Program-made: the position numbers and the translations under genes
Shown here: piece after piece, positions 1 to 9,700 of the stretch
Numbering within the stretch: the stretch's first letter is position 1
Layout: every line of letters begins with the position of its first letter
Notes under the pieces: generated by a model
Seen by the model: only the letters and a program-made list of their open reading frames with translations
Databases searched by the model: none
What the model was told of the DNA's origin: nothing
Source: a virus
Taxonomy: Duplodnaviria > Caudoviricetes
Strand: one strand, 5' to 3'
IMG/VR virus record: IMGVR_UViG_3300012953_000105
Span: 1-32,843 of that record
Length of the DNA stretch: 32,843 nucleotides

Positions 1-42
1 CTGAGCAAATAATGTAGCAGTAGTAAGACTCTTTCCGGCCAT
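1..42 (-). CDS. 5' end of next co-directional gene (partial, MAGKSLTTATLFAQ...), probably another virion protein
   Basis: ATG at 42-40 lies 3 nt after the TAA of the 2221-aa gene, preceded by GGAG (tggagtacataagaaATG). The frame stays open to the window edge. Only 14 codons are visible. Confidence 0.6.
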   Translation of the reverse strand, partial: MAGKSLTTATLFAQ

Positions 43-45
43 TTC

Positions 46-3000
46 TTATGTACTCCACTGAACACGGATCGTGTCAAGATTGCCTGTCCAATCATCATCC
101 GCGTTTATTCTAATTAATACAAAATCTGATGCTGCAGCAGGGACTGCTGCTCCACCGGTGCCATTTGCTGTCTCACCCTGAAATGAGCATAAGGTTTGGG
201 CGCCGTTGGCGTTGATCGTTTGTCCCGGAGTACCTTTTAGACAACCATTTAAGTTTACGTTAAACGTCCCCGCTCCGGAGCCGGCTTTGGCTAAATCAAG
301 CCAAGCAGTTTTTCCAGGTATTTTAACATCAACATGAATCATATCATTTGTCCCGATCGACCCTGACGCAAAACCACCTGTGCTTGGAATTATCTCTGCG
401 CTACCTGTAAACTGCAGCATCACCTGAGCAACATCTGAGCTTGTATCATTTCTAAATGCTCTGTAATACGTTCTTCTGGTCTTGGTCAAAGAGCTGTAAT
501 TGGCATTGCCATAAGGCCCTTGATACGAGCCACCATCTGCAACATTCCTAAAGTCTCCAGAATTTCCTTGTGATTTTGGAGTATAGAGCTTTCCATCAAA
601 GATGAGTAAGCCATCGTCATAATTCGCTACAGAATTCATATCATTTTGAGAATTCCAGACGTAAGATGCATTTGTAATATCTGCCTTCGCATCATAAGAA
701 GCCGAAATCAAGCGATATAGCTCTCCAGAAAAATTCTCTGTTATATTTCTTGATGATGAATCGCTGGCCGAGAATATTAAGAACGCACTCTTACTTTGCT
801 CAGATGAGAGTAGATTTGATTTTTGTGGATGATAGACCCTAAACTTCGCAGTCACAGAATCTGCATCTGCAGGTAGAGAATTTGTGAGGGTACAGCCGAA
901 TGATGCGGTCACAAGAAGATCATTTGATTGACCTTCTGAAACCGATGTATCAAGAGCAGGTAGCGGGACCGTGCTGTCGCTGTTATGTGTGGTGTAAGTG
1001 TATCCGCTTCCGCTAAAGATAACTTGAGATATCGAAACATTTGACATTCCAGTCACGGAAAATGCATTATTTAATTTGGAATATATGTTAGAATGAGATC
1101 CGCTAACTGCTGCTTTCAGGCTCCCAGTCACAGTCGATGATGAATTATCAAAGTACCGAACACCAGAAAGATAGAACACAGAGCTTCCACCGAAATTATC
1201 AAATCCGATATCAGAAAATGACATTGCAGTTGTATACGGATCGTTTACCCATTCAACGTAAGTTGTGGTCCTGTCTGTTCCATCAACCGTGTGAATTGCA
1301 CGAACGTAATTCCACCCGTCTCTTTGGTCTGCCGCGGCAACGTTGAACTTCGCGGTCCTAAAATAATAATTGAAATTAGGAAAGTGGTTTGAGCCTGTTC
1401 GAGGCTGAGTGGTTGATATGTTTTTGAAACCTGTGCCACTTGCGTTAACTACGCTTGTCGCACCTGACCCGGGATATCCCGAACCAGCTAGGGCTGACAA
1501 GTCTATCTCTGCCGCGGCGATTTCGCTTCCATTTACCTCAAGCTTCAGCGTGCCACAATTTCCTTCGCCAAAACCGCCTGTTGATGAGTTCGTATTTAGT
1601 GGACCGTCAATCGCCGATGTTTTGTCGAATATCCCAAGTCTTCTAGCGTTAGGATCACCATCGTTATACTCTCCGTTTACGTTGACAGCATCTCCGACAC
1701 CGGCTGAAGCTGCAACATCGGTGAACCCTGGAATCGCTTTACTCGAACCAAAACTTAGCTTCGCGTCTTCTCCATCGTCAGTAGACGAAATAGTAGATAA
1801 ATCAGAAGCATCGGTTGCATCTGAATCGTCGAAATTAACGTTTATATCAGAAATATTTCCCGTCCATGATGCATCTGCTAGAATTTTAAGAATAAGATAA
1901 TCGTTATTCCTAATATGCTTTACACCAAAAGTACAGTATAGATTCGCTGGAACAGTAGTATCAGCCGTATACACTCTGCATCCAGAATCATCGACATAAG
2001 ATGCTGAAGTGAATAAAGTAGAACAATCTAGCCATCCAGTTGTGTTAGAGGTGGCCGTTCCGTCATCGGGAAGTCTTGCGAGTATCTTTATGTTATTCGC
2101 ACCCAGAGCATCACCGGCGGCGGCGATGTTAGTAGATCCAGCTAGCGTTATCTTGTATGAATCTCTATTCGCACCTTCGGTGTTTTGGAATTTCCTGTAA
2201 AACGTTCTTGTTCCAGAATTTATGCCGCTATAATTTGGGTTACCAGAAGGAGCAAAAGCCAGAGACCCTCCATCTGTAGCGTTTCTGAAGTCTCCACTTA
2301 ACAGGCCTTCGTCAGGTGCGACCAATTTGTTGTTATACACAAGCAAGCCATCGGCATGACCGCCTGAACCTGACATATGAATTGAGCTATCCCAATCTAA
2401 AGAGCCGCCGGTAACGTCTGTCTGGTTATCAAAGCTTCCGCTTTGAACGCGGTAAGTTTCGCCGGTGAACGTTTCATTTGTAACAGTACCCGTTTCAGTA
2501 ACATTCCACAATAAAAATCCAGATGCAGATGTTGAACCACCGTCTGTTAGGTTGGCCTTGAGTGGGTGAGTAACTGTTACTGCTGCTGACACGGTGCCGT
2601 CTAGCATCGTTTCGTCCGTTATTGTAGCAGAGCCCGTAAGAGACAATACTTTCGCAGAATCTTCTCCGGCGCCCGTATTGATTGTAGGCTTTGCAATGCT
2701 TGAAATGCTAAGATTCGTTGTCGTAAATGTAATCGCAGTGTTATCATAACATGTTTTATACGCGTTACTAACGTCAACACGATATTCAGCTGTTCCAGAC
2801 CTAAAGAAAGAAACGCCTGACAGTTGCTTTATACCACCGGCATCGACGGCTGTTATTTGGTTATTGCTCGCTGCCAACGGATCAGTGTTGGAATCGTTAA
2901 CCCACTCTACATAATTTGTCAAAGAGGAAGTAACATCATTTACAACGCGCGTTACTCTAGAGTAATTCCATCCATCTCTTTGGTCTGCTACCCCAACTTG

Positions 3001-3514
3001 CCAATCACCCGTTCGGTGCTTAAACGTATTAAACGCTGACCCATCTTGCTGCTTTGCTGACCCAGTCTGGGACAGATTGATAAACCCAGAACCATTTGAA
3101 CCAGTGCTAATGAACGTACCACTTCCAGGGTTACCACTCCCCACAGAAGCATTAGATAAAGAAGATGTATGGATAACGGTACCGTTTACTTCAAGTTGTA
3201 TTATACCGGCATCCGCATCGCCGAAAGAATACTGCGGATAATTGAGCTGGCCATTATCGTATTGGCTTATTGTGACATCCGAATTTAGTGTGCCATCCAT
3301 TACAGTGGCACCGGTAAAGATCGCTCTTCTTAGATTACCATCGCTGGTTGCTATTTCATATAAGCCATTCACGTCAACAGCAGCGCCATAACCTGCGGAT
3401 GATCCGACGTCAATATACCCTGATGTCGGAGCGCTAGACCCAAAGGAAAGATATGCAGCTGTTCCAGTATCATTAGAATTAACATTGTCCAGTGCAGGGG
3501 CTGGCGAAGGTGCG
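46..3514 (-). repeat. Ancient intragenic tandem duplication, two copies of ~550-590 aa (copy 1 ~3514-1830, copy 2 ~1820-46)
   Basis: Collinear paired motifs: LSFGSS/LSFGSS, LEVNG/LEVNG, ADQRDGWNY x2 (2962-2988 and 1306-1332, 1656 bp apart), YVEWVND x2, FTGETYR/FSGELYR, DGLL..GDFRNxxDGGS x2, RTFYRKF/RTYYRAF, ADASWTGN/ADDDWTGN. Confidence 0.9.
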
Positions 3515-6500
3515 AGATCCAACAGCACTTCATTAAATCGATCGACAGCTGTACCAATAGCAGTACCGTAAGCAAAATCAGTAAACAGACCATCGCCGTA
3601 AGTCCCGTCTTCCGCTACGCCAATTACTGGCTTGATTGTTGCTTGACCGCCACCGTCATTCGTCACAATGCTAGAAGTAAACACAAACTTAGATACACCA
3701 TCAATCGCAGTCTGCCCTGCTTGGGCGACGCTTACGGTACCTCCGCCAGTATTAGAAGAAGATATAACAAGTTGCCCAGATGATGATGTGGTGACACTTA
3801 CACTACCGGTACCAATGATGTATGGGGTCGATCCGTCCTTAAGCATCTGAAGTGATCCAGACAACCCAGCACGGAATACACTGTCACCCTCAACTTCAAA
3901 TGATCCTGTCACTCCTACATTTCCACTAAACTGCGAGCCTGTTAGTGTTGCCACAATAGAGTCTTTAATAGAGAACGTATCGTCAGTCAATTTTAGACCA
4001 GTACCTGCAGAGTACGTCTTACCCTGGCTTGCGCTTACAATAACTTGACCGCTTGAAGAAGTAGAAACACTTACTGAACCGGTACCCACAAGGTATCTGG
4101 TCGTACCATCATTAAGCATCTGAAGCGATCCAGAGAACGCGGGGGCAACGACATTTCCGCTAAAAACCGAGCCTGTTAATGTTGCGACAATCGAATCTTT
4201 TATTGAAAACACATCTTCTGAGAGGTTTAGACCGGTTCCAGCTGAATATATTTTTCCAGCACTAGAGCTGACAATAACTTGACCGTTTGAAGAAGTACGT
4301 ACGTTTACTGAGCCAGTACCAACTAGATATCTCGTCGTTCCATCAGAAAGCATTTGAAGAGAACCAGTAAATGCTGGTGCTGTTACCGCACCACTAAAGA
4401 CGGATCCTGTTAGAGTAGCAACAATCGAGTCTTTTATCGAAAAGACATCGTCTGAAAGTTTTAGGCCTGTACCGGGAGAATACAACTTCCCAGCACTAGA
4501 GCTAACGACAACTTGACCAGAAGAAGCAGTCGAAATACTGACTGAGCCGGTGCCAATTATATACGGTGTTGTGCCGTCACTAAGCATTTGTAAGGAGCCG
4601 GTGAAAGCAGGTGATGTTACAGGTCCGCTAAAAACAGAGCCAGTCAAAGTTGCGACTATCGAGTCTAATATTTTTAGTGTGTAATTTTGTCCTGCTCCTG
4701 AATCTATCGACGTTAAGCCAAGTCCTGGGTTCAGAACACGTTCATTAACCAGTGAACCAGTAGGTGTTAGAACAAGGTATGATGCCCTTTTGTCGCTGTT
4801 GCCGCCGCCCGGTCCGCCGCCGTCAGGAACATAAGAAATTAAGATACCACCGTTAGACTGCGTAACAATGCTTATTTGAGTACCTTCTCGTAAGTAAGAT
4901 GTGCCGTCTGCTAGCGATTGCAATGAACCAGAAAAATCGGTAGCTATCGTCTTGCCCGCTAAACTAGTCCAGCCTCTAAAGATTGCATTTTTTTGAACTT
5001 CTAATGAACCGGTTATACCTACATCACCAGAAAATTGAGACCCTGTTAAAGTGGCGACTATGCTATTATCGACAATGACGCTGGTAGCAGACGATCCATC
5101 AAATGAAAACGTCTTTATACCTGTTCCTTGAGTTAATGCATTTGGTACACGATCAACCGTTATGTTTCCTGAACCGTCTGTAGAAAGCGTGCTGGAATCA
5201 AGTTTAGTAGCGATAACCGCAGGATTGCTATTACCTGAAAAGGTTATGTCTATACCTGTACCTTCACTCATTATAGCTGTTCTGTCAACCTCATCTACTA
5301 GAGTGCTGACAAGCTGCTTCGTAATCGTGTCTCCACCATCCGATAAGAACGCGTAAGAAGTCCTACCGCCAGAGGTCGATAGGTTTGTAGCGTCCATCGC
5401 GATGGTTGCGCTTGCGGAACCGTCATACGAAAATGACTTTATTCCTGTTCCATTTGAAAGTGTATTTCCAGCACCAAATGAAGCAGCTATTTGAATCTGC
5501 CCTGCTGTTGGAGTATTATACGCAAGTGTAACATTAGAGCCAGCAACAAGGTACGGAACACCAGCCGAGACTTCTTGTAAAGACCCAGTTATGCCAGATG
5601 TTGCAGAAACCCCAACATCAACATTTCCAGTAAAGCTTGCGTTTCCTGAAAATGTGCTGGCACCGGAAAATGTGTTATTTGCCGAGAAGCTATTCGGAGC
5701 TGCTAAGCGCGGAACGATAGAGGTATCAATCGCGACTGTTGCGGCGCCACTTCCATCATAAGTGAATGTAGATATCCCAGTGCCTTGTGTAAGTGAACCC
5801 GCAAGCTGGTTAAAGCTTATGCCTGCTGCGGATAACGCAAGAGAGCTACCATCTAATTTTATCTTTAGCGAGTCATCTGCATCAATCTCTAAACCGCCCG
5901 CTGAGGCTGTAGCGATAAGCACAGTAATTGGCACTGAATTATCGTACCTTCCGTCGTCGGCAGCATTTTGAATATTGGTTTGAAGCCCTTGACCAAAAGT
6001 GAGCTTATTAGCTAGCGTGGCCGATGAACCAAGCGACAAAATTGAAGAAATGCTAGCAAACTTTGGTGGAAACCCACCCTTACCGTCGTCATCACCAAAG
6101 AGTAGTAAATCATTCAGCGCAGGATCTCCTGTTGGGAGATTCGAGAGATCTAATTGCAGGCCACCACCCACCGGGGGTGCGCCAGCAACGAAGGGTTTGA
6201 TCCCTATGCCACCATTGCTTTCAACCTTTACTTTTAGCTCTCGAGGCGCTGTCCCGTTGTAGGTTGTCCCTTCTTGCGCTAGCGTCGACTCTATACCCTT
6301 ACTCCCGTCGAAAGTCAAACTGGCATTGGAGAGTGATGTCGCAGAAATAGTTACATAATCAGTGGGACTTCCTACAGACCCAGAGTCTATTGATATGTTG
6401 GTACCAGCGCGAAGATATGCGGTGCCGTCTGCGAGTGTGGTTAAAGACCCTGTTAAGTACTCAAAATTTCCGTCTCTAGCGCCTACGTGCTGGCTGGCAG

Positions 6501-6711
6501 TTACGTAAGTATTACTAGCAATGAATGAAGCCGCGTTGATGTTTCCATAAACGACCATTGACGTACGGAAATCTGTGTCAGCAGCGTTGTCGCCGGCGAG
6601 GCCTACCTGAAAGTGCTGAGGCGTAATGATCTTTACGATACTATTATCGCGCTTTGATCGAATTACAAGAGAATCAGTCTTTCTTAAATCTGTTCTGCTC
6701 TGGTTTGCCAT
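46..6711 (-). CDS. Giant tail fibre / virion structural protein (2221 aa) with fibre-like repeats and a duplicated C-terminal ~570-aa module
   Basis: S/G/T/D/N-rich. Recurrent LTQGTGIxxFxYDGS and GSLxxLxDGxxYL motifs typical of phage fibre shafts, a 78-aa tandem repeat and a duplicated C-terminal module. SD-like GAGTGGTGA before the ATG. Lies at the distal end of a baseplate gene run. Confidence 0.75.
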   Translation of the reverse strand: MANQSRTDLRKTDSLVIRSKRDNSIVKIITPQHFQVGLAGDNAADTDFRTSMVVYGNINAASFIASNTYVTASQHVGARDGNFEYLTGSLTTLADGTAYLRAGTNISIDSGSVGSPTDYVTISATSLSNASLTFDGSKGIESTLAQEGTTYNGTAPRELKVKVESNGGIGIKPFVAGAPPVGGGLQLDLSNLPTGDPALNDLLLFGDDDGKGGFPPKFASISSILSLGSSATLANKLTFGQGLQTNIQNAADDGRYDNSVPITVLIATASAGGLEIDADDSLKIKLDGSSLALSAAGISFNQLAGSLTQGTGISTFTYDGSGAATVAIDTSIVPRLAAPNSFSANNTFSGASTFSGNASFTGNVDVGVSATSGITGSLQEVSAGVPYLVAGSNVTLAYNTPTAGQIQIAASFGAGNTLSNGTGIKSFSYDGSASATIAMDATNLSTSGGRTSYAFLSDGGDTITKQLVSTLVDEVDRTAIMSEGTGIDITFSGNSNPAVIATKLDSSTLSTDGSGNITVDRVPNALTQGTGIKTFSFDGSSATSVIVDNSIVATLTGSQFSGDVGITGSLEVQKNAIFRGWTSLAGKTIATDFSGSLQSLADGTSYLREGTQISIVTQSNGGILISYVPDGGGPGGGNSDKRASYLVLTPTGSLVNERVLNPGLGLTSIDSGAGQNYTLKILDSIVATLTGSVFSGPVTSPAFTGSLQMLSDGTTPYIIGTGSVSISTASSGQVVVSSSAGKLYSPGTGLKLSDDVFSIKDSIVATLTGSVFSGAVTAPAFTGSLQMLSDGTTRYLVGTGSVNVRTSSNGQVIVSSSAGKIYSAGTGLNLSEDVFSIKDSIVATLTGSVFSGNVVAPAFSGSLQMLNDGTTRYLVGTGSVSVSTSSSGQVIVSASQGKTYSAGTGLKLTDDTFSIKDSIVATLTGSQFSGNVGVTGSFEVEGDSVFRAGLSGSLQMLKDGSTPYIIGTGSVSVTTSSSGQLVISSSNTGGGTVSVAQAGQTAIDGVSKFVFTSSIVTNDGGGQATIKPVIGVAEDGTYGDGLFTDFAYGTAIGTAVDRFNEVLLDLAPSPAPALDNVNSNDTGTAAYLSFGSSAPTSGYIDVGSSAGYGAAVDVNGLYEIATSDGNLRRAIFTGATVMDGTLNSDVTISQYDNGQLNYPQYSFGDADAGIIQLEVNGTVIHTSSLSNASVGSGNPGSGTFISTGSNGSGFINLSQTGSAKQQDGSAFNTFKHRTGDWQVGVADQRDGWNYSRVTRVVNDVTSSLTNYVEWVNDSNTDPLAASNNQITAVDAGGIKQLSGVSFFRSGTAEYRVDVSNAYKTCYDNTAITFTTTNLSISSIAKPTINTGAGEDSAKVLSLTGSATITDETMLDGTVSAAVTVTHPLKANLTDGGSTSASGFLLWNVTETGTVTNETFTGETYRVQSGSFDNQTDVTGGSLDWDSSIHMSGSGGHADGLLVYNNKLVAPDEGLLSGDFRNATDGGSLAFAPSGNPNYSGINSGTRTFYRKFQNTEGANRDSYKITLAGSTNIAAAGDALGANNIKILARLPDDGTATSNTTGWLDCSTLFTSASYVDDSGCRVYTADTTVPANLYCTFGVKHIRNNDYLILKILADASWTGNISDINVNFDDSDATDASDLSTISSTDDGEDAKLSFGSSKAIPGFTDVAASAGVGDAVNVNGEYNDGDPNARRLGIFDKTSAIDGPLNTNSSTGGFGEGNCGTLKLEVNGSEIAAAEIDLSALAGSGYPGSGATSVVNASGTGFKNISTTQPRTGSNHFPNFNYYFRTAKFNVAAADQRDGWNYVRAIHTVDGTDRTTTYVEWVNDPYTTAMSFSDIGFDNFGGSSVFYLSGVRYFDNSSSTVTGSLKAAVSGSHSNIYSKLNNAFSVTGMSNVSISQVIFSGSGYTYTTHNSDSTVPLPALDTSVSEGQSNDLLVTASFGCTLTNSLPADADSVTAKFRVYHPQKSNLLSSEQSKSAFLIFSASDSSSRNITENFSGELYRLISASYDAKADITNASYVWNSQNDMNSVANYDDGLLIFDGKLYTPKSQGNSGDFRNVADGGSYQGPYGNANYSSLTKTRRTYYRAFRNDTSSDVAQVMLQFTGSAEIIPSTGGFASGSIGTNDMIHVDVKIPGKTAWLDLAKAGSGAGTFNVNLNGCLKGTPGQTINANGAQTLCSFQGETANGTGGAAVPAAASDFVLIRINADDDWTGNLDTIRVQWST
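3754..4680 (-). repeat. Coding tandem repeat, 234-bp (78-aa) period, about 4 copies
   Basis: The DSIVATLTGS-encoding segment recurs at 3947, 4181, 4415 and 4649 (234-bp steps). Unit is approximately GTGLKLSDDVFSIKDSIVATLTGSVFSGxVxAPAFTGSLQMLSDGTTxYxxGTGSVxVxTSSSGQVIVSSSAGKxYS. Differences are mostly at third codon positions. Confidence 0.95.
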
Positions 6712-6729
6712 TCACCACTCACTGTCCCC

Positions 6730-9700
6730 TTAATCAATCCCGGTAAGGAACGGCGAAGCCGTGAACGATTGTACAAGAGGAGTAATACTAACTGTCTCAC
6801 TACTAAATAGGAAGGCACGAGCTGTTACCCCCTCTTTATATGGTACTGATGATGTCATTTCAGAACTAACGTTAAAGCAAGTAGTGAGTCTGGGTTCGGC
6901 CAGCGGATTACCGTCGCCGTCAACGAAGATGCAAGACACTGACGGCTCTTGGATACCTGAAGGATTTGTCTCATCGCCGGCGTCCCAGAATTTGGTATAC
7001 TGTCTTTGCTCAAGCATGTCCCTTAGTTGACCGTACCGGTCGCTCCTGAAGACAGCGGTCGATGCTGTCTTTTTGTAATTCATCAAACCATATTTCCAAC
7101 CAGACGGATGATCGGCAATCCCGTAATTACGCGCGGCGCTGCCAATGAAGCCATATTGCGTGTTTAGACCCAAGGTGGGGAGAGGTGGTCCATCGCCGTG
7201 TTTCGTTTTCCAAAAACCAAAAAGAGCAGCTTGGGCCAACACCGTTGCACCTCGCTCAGAAAATCCGGCGTGGGTCTGGCCTGCGGGAATTCCATTATAA
7301 AACTCTCGGGCTCTACCAAGAATGGCGGGATATTCGGAGAAAGCGCCGCCTTCCATCGCAACACGTATGGTCGATGCAGCAACAACTGATCCGGAAAATG
7401 CTAACGCGGCGCTGCCACCCTGCAACTCACCACCATCGGGTGGAGGTATTCTTTGCTGTATGAGGACGATGGGTGCAGAACCCGTTGTACCCATTGAGGG
7501 ACCCATATTTGTCAAGCGCCTTACGTTCTTATATCGCTCTTCGAACGGATATGATGAATTCCAGTATGGGTTAGACGGGATGTGACCCGGTAGGAATTCG
7601 GAGACGGTCTGGGAGCTATTGGATCCGTGAGCTGCGCCACCGATATTAAACATGGACCACTTCGCGGAGCGCCATGTTTGTATAGGGACCTTCTTGATGT
7701 GGTGATACGTTGCGCTTGTCAGGGCCGAGCCAGACATATCTAAATCAATAGCAAACATGGGGGTGGGGTTTGGAATCAAGCTATCATAATAGAATTCGCT
7801 ATCATCACGAAGACGAACAAAGCGCTGGACTGACCCGGATATTCCCATCGAGAATGCCGCAGAGTTGGGCGCTATTGGCCAGTATATGGATTGGTTAGCG
7901 GTTATGTTTGGAGGTACCGATTGATCTGTTTGAGTCCAGCCAGGTTGGTTTGGCCCACCCAGCCCTTTCCAAATACGGGTGTTGAATCGCATGTTAGGTC
8001 GGTAAACGCCTCTCTCGCCGTTGCCCGCGTTTTGGGCAACAGCCGTGGTCCCGGGTTGATTGATTGGTAGCCACCACGGACCGCCAAGCGGTACAAAAGA
8101 TCCGGACGCGCCTGGGTTGTATGGAGAGAACGGTCCAGTAGCCGAGTTACCATCAGAACCAAAAATCGGTAGTCCCATCGCGAGGGAGTTTCTCTGGTGT
8201 AAAAGAATCGAGCCAGTGCACAACCTAGCAATGTAGCTGCCGGAAAGTTCAGATCGTGTTGCAATCTGATACTGGTCTGTTATGGGTTTCCCCATAATCG
8301 CTTCATGAATAGCTGCTGTATTTTGGCTAGACAAATTGGATTGTGGAGGTACGTGCTTTTTATTACGAAGAAGCGTACCGTACAACACAAGCTTTGCACC
8401 CGCTGATTTCTTAATCGTAAATGAGCTTCGAGGCTCATACAACGTTTCCATGTTGGCATTATTTATGCTTTTTCCACCGATAACTTTATTTGGGCCTCTG
8501 CGAAGGGCATAGCCGCCTTGCCCGCGGGAGTCATTAAGCTCTGGACGAGGTTGACCACCGCTTTGATAGTAATCATACTCCGGATTATACGCGGATCCGG
8601 TAGGAATTCCTTGACGATCTACAATGCCATCGCGCCATGGCCCATAAGGATTGACATTAGGGTTCGCAGGGATTGTGTTATTCCCTCTGTTTGAACCGTG
8701 TAAGGAAGGTTGGAATCCGAGCACGATTTCATCACCTGGCATCAAAAGGTACAGACTTGTCGTTGGTTTGTCTGTTGACAGTGATGCGGATACGATAGGT
8801 GTATATGCCTTTGACCACTCACCCGCTGTCAGACCACGTGGTGTTTCGGTTAGACCGAGAGTGAAGTTAGTGGCGCCGACACCTGACATGATCATTCGGC
8901 CATCAAAAAGTGCCAAGTTTGAGGGTGCTTTTGAGACAGGCTGGGCCCACTGACTAGCAAAATTTTGGTTAGGACCGAAAGAAGTTCGGAACAATCCTGG
9001 GCCCGGGGCGAATTGGGGGATTTGAGTCGGTAACATCGCGCGGACGGAAGATGATAAGTTGATCTGATTGACTGGCTCATTTCCACCGACTGCCGCGACA
9101 TATCTACGGGGGCTGGAAAGCTGGGGGTCTTCACCTAAGAGTGCCGTCCAGGCTGTAGCAGTCGTATTACCGATATATCCGGCATCAATTGCATGAGCCC
9201 TCCACCATATTCTATCATTTGAGAACCTTGAATTATCACCGAATGACAACTGTTGAAATGTTCGCGTTGTTGGTGTAGTTTGCCCATTTTCATTGTACAG
9301 TCCACCGAATGGAACCGACCCTGTTCCAACAAGGTATTGTCTCTCCGCGGGAGCAGTGAAACAAAACAGGGCCGCTGAATCAACAGCTGCGGCAGGTTGA
9401 GATTTTATGTCTGCGACTACTCGAAAGTTTCCAGCATTTAATAGACGGCGCTCTTTAAACGTTGCACGCAACTTGTGGTCACCATTAAACCTTCCTGCTA
9501 GATCACCTGGTGGGAACACGGTGCTAGCTGTTAAAATTGTGAAGCCCGCGACGCCGTCTCCAATTTCTTTTGCAGCATGAGTAAATTTCCACCCAACTTC
9601 AATGTCCAAATCTCTGGATAGTCCAGCGTCTAACCAGGAAGGTACTTTTATCGGATTACTTGATGTGAAGTACCGGTCACGAGCATGCGCATTTAGAGCA

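Noticed and set aside
3754-4680. CRISPR array or diversity-generating retroelement template/variable repeat
   Set aside because: The repeats are in-frame 234-bp coding units with mostly synonymous differences. There is no repeat-spacer structure, no adenine-specific pattern evident by eye, and no reverse transcriptase in the window.
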